This document shows positions 10,585-19,484 of a DNA stretch of 64,000 nucleotides, piece by piece (position 1 is the first letter of the stretch; each line of letters begins with the position of its first letter). The stretch is from Marispirochaeta sp. (GTDB lineage: Bacteria; Spirochaetota; Spirochaetia; JC444; Marispirochaetaceae). The DNA lies in contig CAXXFF010000004.1 in the NCBI GenBank assembly GCA_963676835.2, positions 480,001 to 544,000 on the forward strand. Reading direction: 5' to 3'. The position numbers and the translations under genes were made by a program. The notes under the pieces are model-generated. The model was not told where the DNA came from and searched no databases. It worked only from the letters and a program-made list of their open reading frames with translations.

Positions 10585-10808
10585 GTTTTTCTCCTTATGG
10601 AATCCCGGAAGGAAGCATAATCAGGAGACAGGGTTTTCCGGTTTTTTATTAAACTTGGATGCAAATATATCCCCGGGAAAATCAAATTTCAGGATTTCGG
10701 ATAGGAAATCTACCTGCCGAACGGGAGTATACAGAAAAATCGGAAGGTACCTGCTGGAAACCGTCTGAAGCTATGGTAGTAGTCCCCCGCTATTATTCAG
10801 CTGCATCT

Positions 10809-10856
10809 CCCCCTCACCCCGGACTTCTCCATTTTTATACAAGAGGGGAGAGGGAG
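10809..10856. repeat. REP-like element, left half (CCCCTCACCCCGG...GGGGAGAGGGAG)
   Basis: Matches 26289-26323 but with a longer loop. Confidence 0.7.
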
Positions 10857-10903
10857 ATAGACAGTTCGAGCTTTCCACGTCGATGCGCCAGGGGCACGGA
10901 GGG

Positions 10904-11011
10904 CCCTGCACCAATCCAGTACCCGGGATTGGTGCAGGGGTGCGGAGCACGGAACCCCGGAGTCGACCCGGCCCGGCACCTATTTTACCCAAGAGTAAAA
11001 TAGGTGCCGGG
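10904..11011. repeat. Double-hairpin element (perfect 14-bp and 17-bp inverted repeats)
   Basis: CCCTGCACCAATCC/GGATTGGTGCAGGG (10904-10939) and CCCGGCACCTATTTTAC/GTAAAATAGGTGCCGGG (10972-11011). Confidence 0.8.
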
Positions 11012-11078
11012 GGCGCCCGAAATATGAGAAAACAGTAAGAAATTATCGACTTTTTGGTCTTACCAATCTGGCTTAGCC

Positions 11079-11107
11079 TTGAAGATAAAAGGTCTTTCCT
11101 CTATAAT
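11079..11107 (+). promoter_or_regulatory. Sigma70-type promoter of nifJ
   Basis: TTGAAG-17-TATAAT. Confidence 0.65.
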
Positions 11108-11146
11108 CGTTGCTGTTACAAATCCCACATATAAAGGATAGCTATA

Positions 11147-14100
11147 ATGCCTGAGAAGAAAATGGTTACCATTGACGGTAATGCGGCAGCAGCCCATGTT
11201 GCCTACGCCTTCAGTGAAGTAGCTGCAATTTTCCCCATAACTCCCTCATCACCCATGGGTGAGTATGCTGACGCCTGGGCCAGCCAGAACAGAGAAAACG
11301 TATTCGGCAAGAAAGTCGATGTACTGGAAATGCAGTCTGAGGCCGGTGCTGCCGGTGCCGTTCACGGTGCTCTTTCCGGTGGTGCTCTGACCACAACTTT
11401 TACCGCATCCCAGGGACTCCTTCTGATGGTCCCCAACATGTTCAAGATTGCCGGAGAAATGATTCCGACAGTTTTCCATGTTTCCGCACGGTCTCTTGCG
11501 GCTCAGTCCCTGTCAATTTTCGGTGACCACTCAGACGTTATGTCCTGTCTGAACACCGGTTTTGCCATGACCGCTGCTTCCTCCATTCAGGAAACCATGG
11601 ACATGGCCGTTGTTGCCCACCTGGCAACCCTGAAGACCCAGGTTCCTTTCCTGGCTTTCTTCGACGGTTTCAGAACTTCTCACGAAATCCAGAAGGTTGA
11701 AGAGATCTCTTACGATACCATCAAAGAGATGATCGACCCCAAATACATCGAGCGCTTCCGCGACCGGGGTATGCGTCCTGAAAAACCTGTTGTCAAGGTT
11801 GCTGCACAGAACCCGGATGTTTACTTCCAGGGCCGTGAAACCACCAACAACATTTACGATTCCATTCCTGAAGTTGTTCAGGAGTACATGGACCTCCTTG
11901 CTTCCAAGGTCGGCCGCCAGTACCACCTGTTTGACTATGTCGGTGCACCCGATGCAGAGAAGGTAATCATCATCATGGGTTCTGCCTGTGACACCACTGA
12001 GCAGACTGTAAACTACCTCGTCGGCAAGGGCGAAAAAGTCGGTGTGATCAAGGTTCGTCTCTACAGACCTTTCTCTGCCAAGGCTTTTGTTGATGCACTT
12101 CCTGCAAGTGTTAAAAAGATTGCCGTTATGGACAGAACCAAAGAGCCCGGATCACTCGGTGAGCCCCTCTACAAAGACGTTGTTACTGTTCTTAACGGAA
12201 AGGGAATTGAAATCATCGGCGGCCGCTACGGTCTCTCCTCCAAAGAGTTCAACCCCTCACACGTAAAAGCAATCTTCGATCACCTCGACGGTGCTGCCTT
12301 CCACGGCTTTACCGTAGGTATCAACGACGATGTTTCCAAGAAATCCATCGAAGTAAAAGAGATCATTGACGTTTCTGCTTCTGATATTTTCAGCGGTATG
12401 TTCTGGGGTCTCGGTTCTGACGGTACTGTAGGTGCCAACAAGAACTCCATCAAGATCATCGGTGACAACACCGACATGAACGCTCAGGCATACTTTGTAT
12501 ACGACTCAAAGAAGTCCGGCGGTGTTACCACTTCTCACCTGCGTTTCGGTAAGTCCTCGGTAAACATGCCCTGGCTTATTGATCAGGCTGACTTCGTTGC
12601 ATGTTCAAACCCTGCCTACATCGGCCGTTATGACATGCTCGGACCTATCAAAGAAGGCGGAGTATTCCTGCTGAACACCGAAGTTCCCGAGGATGAGATC
12701 TTCAACAGCCTTACCAAGGAAGAGCAGCAGATTATCATCGACCGCAAGGTAAAGTTCTACGCCATGAACGCCTACAAGGTGGCTGAAGATGTTGGTCTCG
12801 GCAACAGAACCAACACTGTTATGCAGGCTGCTTTCTTCAAGATTTCCGGTGTTCTCCCCGAGGCACAGGCAATTGAGCTCCTTAAAGGCGCTATCAAGAA
12901 AACCTTCAGCAGAAAGGGTGAAGACATTGTTAAGATGAACTGGGAAGCTGTAGACAAGTCTGCCGCTGCACTGATCGAGGTTAAGGTTCCCTCCTCCATC
13001 ACCAAGTCCTATGTTCCCGAGTCTCTTATTCCTGCTGATGCAGATGATTTCACCAAAAACATCATTGAGAAATCAATGCTGATGAAGGGTGACGATATCC
13101 CCGTTTCTCACATGAGCTTCGACGGTGTGCTTCCCACCGGAACCACCAAGCTGGAAAAACGCGGTGTTGCACCCCGTGTACCCCAGTGGCAGCCCGACAA
13201 CTGTATTCAGTGTAACCAGTGTGTACAGTCCTGTCCCCACGCTGCTATCCGGGCAAAACAGATTAAACCCGAAGATCTTTCCGGTGCACCCGAAACCTTC
13301 AAGACCGTTAAGTACAAGGCATCCAAGACCATGGAGCTCGAGTACAAGGTTCAGGTTTACACTGACGACTGTCAGGGATGTGGAGTTTGTATCGAAACCT
13401 GTCCTGCAAAGGATAAGGCCCTTGTATTCTCCACCCTTGATAAAGAAAGAGCCCTTGGCGAGCACGAGAACGAGAAGTTCTTCGAGCCCCTCCCCTACGG
13501 TGCTCTCGACGGTTCTTCCGAAGAGAACATGAAGGGAATGCAGTTCAGACGGCCTCTGTTTGAGTTCTCCGGTGCTTGTGCCGGTTGTGGTGAAACTCCC
13601 TACGTTAAGCTGGTAACCCAGATCTGCGGACAGAACATTCTTGCAGCAAATGCAACCGGTTGTTCTTCCATCTACGGCGGAACATTCCCCACAATTCCCT
13701 ACACCAAGAACGAGCAGGGACGCGGACCCGCATGGGGTAACTCACTCTTCGAAGACAATGCCGAGTACGGTTTCGGTATGAGACTTGCTGTTGATTCCAA
13801 CAGAACTCTTCTGAAGAACAAGGTAGACACTCTTCTGTCTGCGGGAACTACTCCCGAACTGACCAGCGCCCTTAAAGCCGCTCTTGAGCTGTGGGACGAC
13901 AAGAGTCAGAAAGCAATCGACGCTCAGGATGCTGTTAAGGCTGCTCTTCCCAAAGACGCTGCAGGCAACGAAACCCTGGCCAAGATTATTGAGCTTCAGG
14001 ACTACTTTGTAGACAAGTCTGTATGGATCATCGGTGGTGACGGATGGGCATATGACATCGGCTTCGGCGGTGTTGACCACGTACTTGCTGCCGGCAAGAA

Positions 14101-14653
14101 CGTCAACATCCTGGTTCTCGACACCGAGGTTTACTCAAACACCGGTGGACAGGCATCAAAAGCTACACCTATCGGTGCGGTTGCCAAGTTTGCCAATGCC
14201 GGTATGAGACTGGGTAAAAAGAACATGAGCCTCATGGCCATGAGCTACGGTTACGTTTATGTTGCATCCATTGCACTTGGTTCCAACAGAAACCACGCTC
14301 AGAAAGCCATTATGGAAGCTGAAGCATACGATGGACCTTCCATCATCTTCGCTTACGCTCCCTGTATTGCCCACGGTATCGATATGATGAAAACCCAGGT
14401 TGAGCAGAAAAGAGCCGTTGACTGCGGTTACTGGCCTCTGTACCGCTACAACCCCACAATGGAAGAAGGTTCCAAGTTCAGCTGGGACTGCAAAGAACCC
14501 ACAGAAAGCTACCAGGACTTCATCCGGAGTGAGAGACGCTACACTGCACTGCTCAAGACTGCACCGGACGAAGCGGAAGCACTCTTTGCACAGGCGGAAG
14601 AAGACGCCAAGCACCGGTGGAGTTTCTTCAAGAAGATGGGCGATATCATGTAA
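11147..14653 (+). CDS. nifJ: Pyruvate:ferredoxin (flavodoxin) oxidoreductase
   Basis: 1168 aa; FPITPS, EMQSEAGAAG, two CxxCxxCxxxCP motifs, GACAGCGE, GGDGWAYDIG TPP motif. Confidence 0.97.
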   Translation: MPEKKMVTIDGNAAAAHVAYAFSEVAAIFPITPSSPMGEYADAWASQNRENVFGKKVDVLEMQSEAGAAGAVHGALSGGALTTTFTASQGLLLMVPNMFKIAGEMIPTVFHVSARSLAAQSLSIFGDHSDVMSCLNTGFAMTAASSIQETMDMAVVAHLATLKTQVPFLAFFDGFRTSHEIQKVEEISYDTIKEMIDPKYIERFRDRGMRPEKPVVKVAAQNPDVYFQGRETTNNIYDSIPEVVQEYMDLLASKVGRQYHLFDYVGAPDAEKVIIIMGSACDTTEQTVNYLVGKGEKVGVIKVRLYRPFSAKAFVDALPASVKKIAVMDRTKEPGSLGEPLYKDVVTVLNGKGIEIIGGRYGLSSKEFNPSHVKAIFDHLDGAAFHGFTVGINDDVSKKSIEVKEIIDVSASDIFSGMFWGLGSDGTVGANKNSIKIIGDNTDMNAQAYFVYDSKKSGGVTTSHLRFGKSSVNMPWLIDQADFVACSNPAYIGRYDMLGPIKEGGVFLLNTEVPEDEIFNSLTKEEQQIIIDRKVKFYAMNAYKVAEDVGLGNRTNTVMQAAFFKISGVLPEAQAIELLKGAIKKTFSRKGEDIVKMNWEAVDKSAAALIEVKVPSSITKSYVPESLIPADADDFTKNIIEKSMLMKGDDIPVSHMSFDGVLPTGTTKLEKRGVAPRVPQWQPDNCIQCNQCVQSCPHAAIRAKQIKPEDLSGAPETFKTVKYKASKTMELEYKVQVYTDDCQGCGVCIETCPAKDKALVFSTLDKERALGEHENEKFFEPLPYGALDGSSEENMKGMQFRRPLFEFSGACAGCGETPYVKLVTQICGQNILAANATGCSSIYGGTFPTIPYTKNEQGRGPAWGNSLFEDNAEYGFGMRLAVDSNRTLLKNKVDTLLSAGTTPELTSALKAALELWDDKSQKAIDAQDAVKAALPKDAAGNETLAKIIELQDYFVDKSVWIIGGDGWAYDIGFGGVDHVLAAGKNVNILVLDTEVYSNTGGQASKATPIGAVAKFANAGMRLGKKNMSLMAMSYGYVYVASIALGSNRNHAQKAIMEAEAYDGPSIIFAYAPCIAHGIDMMKTQVEQKRAVDCGYWPLYRYNPTMEEGSKFSWDCKEPTESYQDFIRSERRYTALLKTAPDEAEALFAQAEEDAKHRWSFFKKMGDIM

Positions 14654-14689
14654 TCACCTGCCCTGCGGCAGTTTTTATGTACCATTTAC

Positions 14690-14720
14690 GGCCCCCCGCT
14701 TTTGCGGGGGGTCTTTTTTA
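14690..14720 (+). terminator. Rho-independent terminator of nifJ
   Basis: GGCCCCCCGC-TTTT-GCGGGGGGTC followed by a T run. Confidence 0.85.
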
Positions 14721-14730
14721 TTGTCTTTTC

Positions 14731-14806
14731 TGCGACCACTGCCCCCTCGCCTTCTCCTGTCATAAAGAAAGAAGAGGGGGCTTGGGGGTGAGGGTTGGAA
14801 GAGAAG
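14731..14806. repeat. REP-like element, right half (TGCGACCACTGCCCCCTCGCC...GGGGGTGAGGG)
   Basis: Matches 26340-26401 but with a longer loop. Confidence 0.7.
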
Positions 14807-14870
14807 ACATAGCACCGCACCACAACACCTTACCATTGACATCAAAGCATCAAACTACTAAATTTGAAAC

Positions 14871-15116
14871 ATGAGAACCACCTTGACCATCGAAAACGAC
14901 GTTGCCGTCCGCATCGAAAACCTTATACGGGAACGCAGACAGCCCAGGAAAGAGCTGATCAACGATCTGCTTCGTCTCGGGCTGGATCAGATTGCCCGGA
15001 AACCGGAGAAAAGGCTTTTCACAACTGAGGGACAGGCCCTGGGAAAATGCCGATACGACAGAATCGATGATATTTCTGAGGTTCTCGCGGTTGCCGAAGG
15101 TGATGACTTCAAATGA
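14871..15116 (+). CDS. vapB: VapB-type ribbon-helix-helix antitoxin
   Basis: MRTTLTIENDVA...LINDLLRLGL; overlaps a PIN toxin gene (ATGA); TTGACA-17-TAAATT just upstream. Confidence 0.8.
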   Translation: MRTTLTIENDVAVRIENLIRERRQPRKELINDLLRLGLDQIARKPEKRLFTTEGQALGKCRYDRIDDISEVLAVAEGDDFK

Positions 15117-15547
15117 GGCTTTGTGATGCCAATATACTCATTTACGCTTTCGATACAAGCTCACCACACCATAAAAGATGCAAGATGTGGCTGGATGGAC
15201 ACCTGAACGGAATGCAGAAGATTGGATTTCCCTGGCCAAGCCTGTTAGCCTTTGTAAGAATTGTAACCAATCCCCGGATTTACGAGTTCCCGGCTTCGAT
15301 ACCTGAGGCCTGGAACCAGGTTGAAGCATGGCTTGGAAACGAAACCGCTTTTATTCCCCAGCCATCAAGAAATCATTCCGGTTTTATGAAGAAAATACTT
15401 CAGGCTACTCAGTTAAAATCCAACGACCTTCCCGATGCCCATCTTGCAGCACTGGCAATTGAACACGGGCTGATTCTCTGCTCAACGGACTCGGACTTTT
15501 CGCGGTATAAGGATATCAAGTGGGAGAATCCGCTGGACCAGGTCTAA
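15113..15547 (+). CDS. vapC: VapC PIN-domain toxin
   Basis: DANILIYA, DAHLAALAIEHG, STDSDFSRY, WENPL. Confidence 0.9.
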   Translation: MRLCDANILIYAFDTSSPHHKRCKMWLDGHLNGMQKIGFPWPSLLAFVRIVTNPRIYEFPASIPEAWNQVEAWLGNETAFIPQPSRNHSGFMKKILQATQLKSNDLPDAHLAALAIEHGLILCSTDSDFSRYKDIKWENPLDQV

Positions 15548-15720
15548 CAGCTAATATACCCTAGCAACGGGGTACACTGAGCAGCCCAGGCAACTGAACA
15601 ACTCCGCACCTCTCAGAACTCTGCAGTCTCCGTGAGAGATTTTCCGACATTTCCACCAGAAACAAGCACTAAAAAAACTATACTCTCCTATTCCGTACTT
15701 TCATGATATTCTGTTAGCCT

Positions 15721-17634
15721 ATGCCGGCTTTCGAGATATTCGGAAACATACTGGTCCCGGCGCTGTCCGGGATTATCCTCTTTATCTATTTCCTCTACTT
15801 TTCCCTTATAGAGGAATCGAAAACCAGCTCCATCCGGTACTTCACCATTTTTCTTATTTCCTTCGGGCTGTTTCTGTTCGGCAGACCCGTTCAGATACTC
15901 TCCGGCGGGTATCCGGTTCCCCTTGTTATCAATAACATCAGAACATTCCTGTACTGCACCATAACAATCCCCATGGTTATTCTGGCGGATTTCGCCCGCC
16001 CCGAAAGAAACCGGAGACCCCGGGTCTGGCCGCTGTTTTTGACCGGCACCGTGGTGGGTGTTATCTACGGAATATTCAACTCCCTGACAACCACCGGTGC
16101 AGAGGTGATATTCACCATCGGCAGCCTGGAAGTTTTTGACTCCGTAACGCCAAGCTTTACCCCCCCCTTCTACGGCAGAGAGGTTACTACCGGTATCTAT
16201 ATGATGCTGGCAGTTATTCTTTTGATAGACTCCATCAGCAAGATTGTACGTGCAAGAAGGTACCGGGGAGACGGGAATGTAAACCTGAAAATGGTGTATT
16301 TGTACAACACGGGAAAACTGGTCTTTGCCTTTACCTTTTTCTGCGGTGCACTGGTACATATGTGGTGGATCTATTATGTAGGTGCCCTTGTGAGCGTTAC
16401 ATTTCTCGGCTACGGCGTAGCCCTGGATATCCGGGAAAACCGAAAAAGAATGCAGCAGGTTGTCGCCTATATCCGGGAGGATCTTATACAGGACCTCTCT
16501 CTGGATGTGCAGATACATCAGCAGGTAGCCGATATGCTGAAGCTCCTCCATATACCGGAAGAAATAAACACCTTTATTGTACTGAGAGAAAATTTCTCCG
16601 GTAAAAAGTTCGATCTGAACTCCCAGGGCATTAACGATCTCCTCCTGCGGGAGACCTCCGGTGTTCTGGATAGAATCCTCGGGGTAAATCAGTACATCCT
16701 GATGCATATAGGCACCGACATGCTCGGGATATGCCTCTATATTAATACCGGAGGGGACACCTCCCGAAGTGAAACTATCCGCATCTGTGAAACCCTGAAA
16801 AATTCGGTGAATGTGCTTAAGAACTTTGACTTTGGAATCGGCCGGACCTGCGCCGGACTGGAGGATCTTAAAAGCTCCTACCATGAAGCGGTCACCGCAG
16901 TGGAGTACGCCAACCGTATTGAGGGCGGGCAGGTTATCCATATTACCGATATTCAGGACGAAGAGCCCCGCCGGGAGTATCCTCAGAAAGAAAAGAACGC
17001 GTTTCTCACAGCAATCCGCATGGGAGACGGATCAAAAGCACAGGAGCAGCTGAAGCAGCTTATAAGCCGCCTTTTCAATTACGGGAGTGAAACAGATAAA
17101 CTGCAGAAAGTCCGTACCTATGAACTGCTGGGTACCATGATTGAATCTGCCATTGCCGGGGGCGGCGACGTGGACGACCTGCTGGAGCTCAGCGAAAAGC
17201 TGTTTTTTGAGTCGGCGATTGTCCGCAGCCAGGGACAGCTTCTGGAGTGGCTGAAATCCAGAACGGAAGATATTATCCATATAGTTTCCCGTTCCCACTC
17301 AAATCGATCAAAAAATCTGGTAGTAAAGGCAAAAGAGTATATGAACGAACACTTTGCAGAAGCCATTTCGGTGAGCGATGTTGCCGAGGCCGTCTGTATA
17401 AGCGAATCCTATTTTAAGACGATATTTAAAAAAAGCAGCGGGTACTCCTATTCGGAATATCTGACAACAGTGCGTATAAATCAGGCCAAAAACCTTCTGA
17501 ACAGAACGGAAAAATCAGTAACCGAGATAGCCCTGGATGTGGGATATCAAACCCCTAACTCCTTCAGCTCACTGTTTAAAAGAGAAACCGGAATGACCCC
17601 TACCCAGTGGAAAAACAGCCAGAAACCGGTGTAA
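15721..17634 (+). CDS. AraC family regulator with multi-TM N-terminal domain
   Basis: About 7 hydrophobic segments in the first ~235 aa; GIGRTCAGLEDLKSSYHEA central domain; C-terminal AraC HTH (EIALDVGYQTPNSFSSLFKRETGMTP). Confidence 0.85.
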   Translation: MPAFEIFGNILVPALSGIILFIYFLYFSLIEESKTSSIRYFTIFLISFGLFLFGRPVQILSGGYPVPLVINNIRTFLYCTITIPMVILADFARPERNRRPRVWPLFLTGTVVGVIYGIFNSLTTTGAEVIFTIGSLEVFDSVTPSFTPPFYGREVTTGIYMMLAVILLIDSISKIVRARRYRGDGNVNLKMVYLYNTGKLVFAFTFFCGALVHMWWIYYVGALVSVTFLGYGVALDIRENRKRMQQVVAYIREDLIQDLSLDVQIHQQVADMLKLLHIPEEINTFIVLRENFSGKKFDLNSQGINDLLLRETSGVLDRILGVNQYILMHIGTDMLGICLYINTGGDTSRSETIRICETLKNSVNVLKNFDFGIGRTCAGLEDLKSSYHEAVTAVEYANRIEGGQVIHITDIQDEEPRREYPQKEKNAFLTAIRMGDGSKAQEQLKQLISRLFNYGSETDKLQKVRTYELLGTMIESAIAGGGDVDDLLELSEKLFFESAIVRSQGQLLEWLKSRTEDIIHIVSRSHSNRSKNLVVKAKEYMNEHFAEAISVSDVAEAVCISESYFKTIFKKSSGYSYSEYLTTVRINQAKNLLNRTEKSVTEIALDVGYQTPNSFSSLFKRETGMTPTQWKNSQKPV

Positions 17635-17648
17635 AAAGCCTCCCATTC

Positions 17649-17723
17649 ATACAATTGCATATGTTTAAAGCACAACCGCATAGCAGATAAATACAATTCC
17701 GTACATTTTCAGGATCTTCCATA
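17649..17723 (+). promoter_or_regulatory. Putative AraC-type binding sites (direct repeats, ~21-bp period)
   Basis: ATACAATTGCATA 17649, GCACAACCGCATA 17670, ATACAATTCCGTA 17691, AGGATCTTCCATA 17711; candidate -10 TACCAT at 17747. Confidence 0.55.
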
Positions 17724-17807
17724 GAGCGTGTTCACCGGACCCATCCTACCATTTTACCTGTCAATTGATATGAAATTATCATGCGGCAAAATTAAAGGAG
17801 GATTCCT

Positions 17808-18833
17808 GTGAAAAAAAGAATCGTATTACTTTCTGTTGTTTTCCTGATGATCGCGGCCTTTGCCTGGTCCAACGGCCAGAGTGACAGCGGAGCAGCTGCT
17901 GAGGGAGGAAAAAAGAGCTATACCTTCAAGTTTGCTGAGCTTAATCCCAAAGACCATATTATGGAGCAGGTGGATTCCAAGTTTGCAGAACTGGTGTATG
18001 AGAAAACCGATGGACGTATAAAAATTGAGGTTTTCCCTGCCGGTCAGTTAGGCGACGAAAAGACCATGTATCAGTCTCTTCAGATGGGCGGCGGTGCAAT
18101 CGATATGTGCCGGGGAAATACCAACTCCCTCGGTGATTTCGGTGTAAAAAAGCTGAACCTCTTCGGTCTTCCCTTTATTTTCAGGGACCGGGCGCACCTG
18201 TGGAATGTACTGAACAGTGAAATCGGTGCTGAATTCCTGAAAGAACCCCAGGAAGCCGGTACCGGCATGGTCGGCCTCTTCTACCTCGATGAAGGTGCCC
18301 GTCATATTTTTACCAAACCCGGGATTGAGGTTAAAAGCGTTGCCGACCTTAAAGGTCTGAAACTGAGGGTACCCACCACCCAGCTGATGAGCGAGACCTT
18401 TCAGGCCCTCGGCGTACAGCCCACCCCCATCAGTTTTGGTGAGCTTTATTCCGCCCTTCAGGCAGGAACAGTAGACGGCGCGGAACAGCCCTACTCCGGT
18501 TATTATTCCAATAACTTTTATGAAGTTGCTCCTAACTATGTTCTTTCGGGACATACCTACAGCCCCTCCATTGTTCTTATGAGCGAAGCAGTATTCAGCA
18601 AGCTGGATGCGGAAGACCAGGCCATTATTATGCAGGCAGGAAAAGAAGCCGAGCAGTATAACCGCGCATCCATTGAGAAACTGGATGGTGAACTGATCGA
18701 CAAGATCCGGGCTGCGGGAGCAAAGGTTTCCGAAGTTCCCGACAAGGCAGCCTACGTGGAACTGGCAAAACCGGTTGTCCTGAAATACATCAAGGGGCTT
18801 GAAAGTTACTACGAAGCAATCCTTGCCAAGTAA
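17808..18833 (+). CDS. dctP: TRAP transporter substrate-binding protein (DctP family)
   Basis: Signal peptide, FPAGQLG, DLKGLKLRVP, ELYSALQAGTVDGAE; GTG start with GGAGG SD. Confidence 0.92.
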   Translation: MKKRIVLLSVVFLMIAAFAWSNGQSDSGAAAEGGKKSYTFKFAELNPKDHIMEQVDSKFAELVYEKTDGRIKIEVFPAGQLGDEKTMYQSLQMGGGAIDMCRGNTNSLGDFGVKKLNLFGLPFIFRDRAHLWNVLNSEIGAEFLKEPQEAGTGMVGLFYLDEGARHIFTKPGIEVKSVADLKGLKLRVPTTQLMSETFQALGVQPTPISFGELYSALQAGTVDGAEQPYSGYYSNNFYEVAPNYVLSGHTYSPSIVLMSEAVFSKLDAEDQAIIMQAGKEAEQYNRASIEKLDGELIDKIRAAGAKVSEVPDKAAYVELAKPVVLKYIKGLESYYEAILAK

Positions 18834-18863
18834 GCAGGAAAAGCTTGCGAATGCTTTTCTTAA

Positions 18864-18891
18864 GGAGCCGAAGCTTAACTGCTTCGGCTCC
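18864..18891 (+). terminator. Intercistronic hairpin between dctP and dctQ (stabiliser/attenuator)
   Basis: Perfect 11-bp stem GGAGCCGAAGC/GCTTCGGCTCC with a weak T tail. Confidence 0.6.
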
Positions 18892-18908
18892 GTTCTTGAG
18901 GAGTTGAA

Positions 18909-19484
18909 ATGAAAGCAGTCAAGAAGTTTTTCGATATTGTTTACTGGATTCTGCTTACCATAGGAAAGATTGGATTTATCGGGATGGTTGCAATAACATC
19001 CTGGGTTATTATAAACCGCTACTTCATTAAATCACCGATGTCCTGGGGCGAGCCGGTGGTGCTCATGTTTATGGTGTACATGTCGCTGATCAGCGCTGCG
19101 CTGGCAATACGCAAGGATGCTCATATCCGCATGCAGATCATAGATTTTCTTGTACCCGACAAGGTGATGCCGGTTATTCGGGCATTCGGACAGATTCTCA
19201 TATTCGGATTCGGTCTGTTTCTGCTTATTTACGGCATAAAATTTACCCATATCGCAGCACGGAACATTATTACCGGTATGACCATAAAATCCAGCTGGCT
19301 GTTTATGGCCGGCCCGATCTCCGGAGGAGCAATAGTTTTGATGGAACTGGAGCGTTTTATCAATTTCTGGCATCGGATTTACACGGGAGAACGGCTGCAT
19401 GTGGGTAAAGGTCTGGAAGAAGAGGCGGAAGCCCTTATAGAAGAGGCAACCGGCACCATAAAACGAAGTGAGGATGTGCAGTAA
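18909..19484 (+). CDS. dctQ: TRAP transporter small permease
   Basis: 4 TM segments, WGEP, HIRMQII; lies between dctP and dctM. Confidence 0.88.
   Translation: MKAVKKFFDIVYWILLTIGKIGFIGMVAITSWVIINRYFIKSPMSWGEPVVLMFMVYMSLISAALAIRKDAHIRMQIIDFLVPDKVMPVIRAFGQILIFGFGLFLLIYGIKFTHIAARNIITGMTIKSSWLFMAGPISGGAIVLMELERFINFWHRIYTGERLHVGKGLEEEAEALIEEATGTIKRSEDVQ

Noticed and set aside
10600..10625. CCGGAAGGAAGCA resembling SRP RNA helix 8
   Set aside because: Lacks the CAGG strand and AGCAGC, has no long flanking stem, and lies in the leader of the lipoprotein gene
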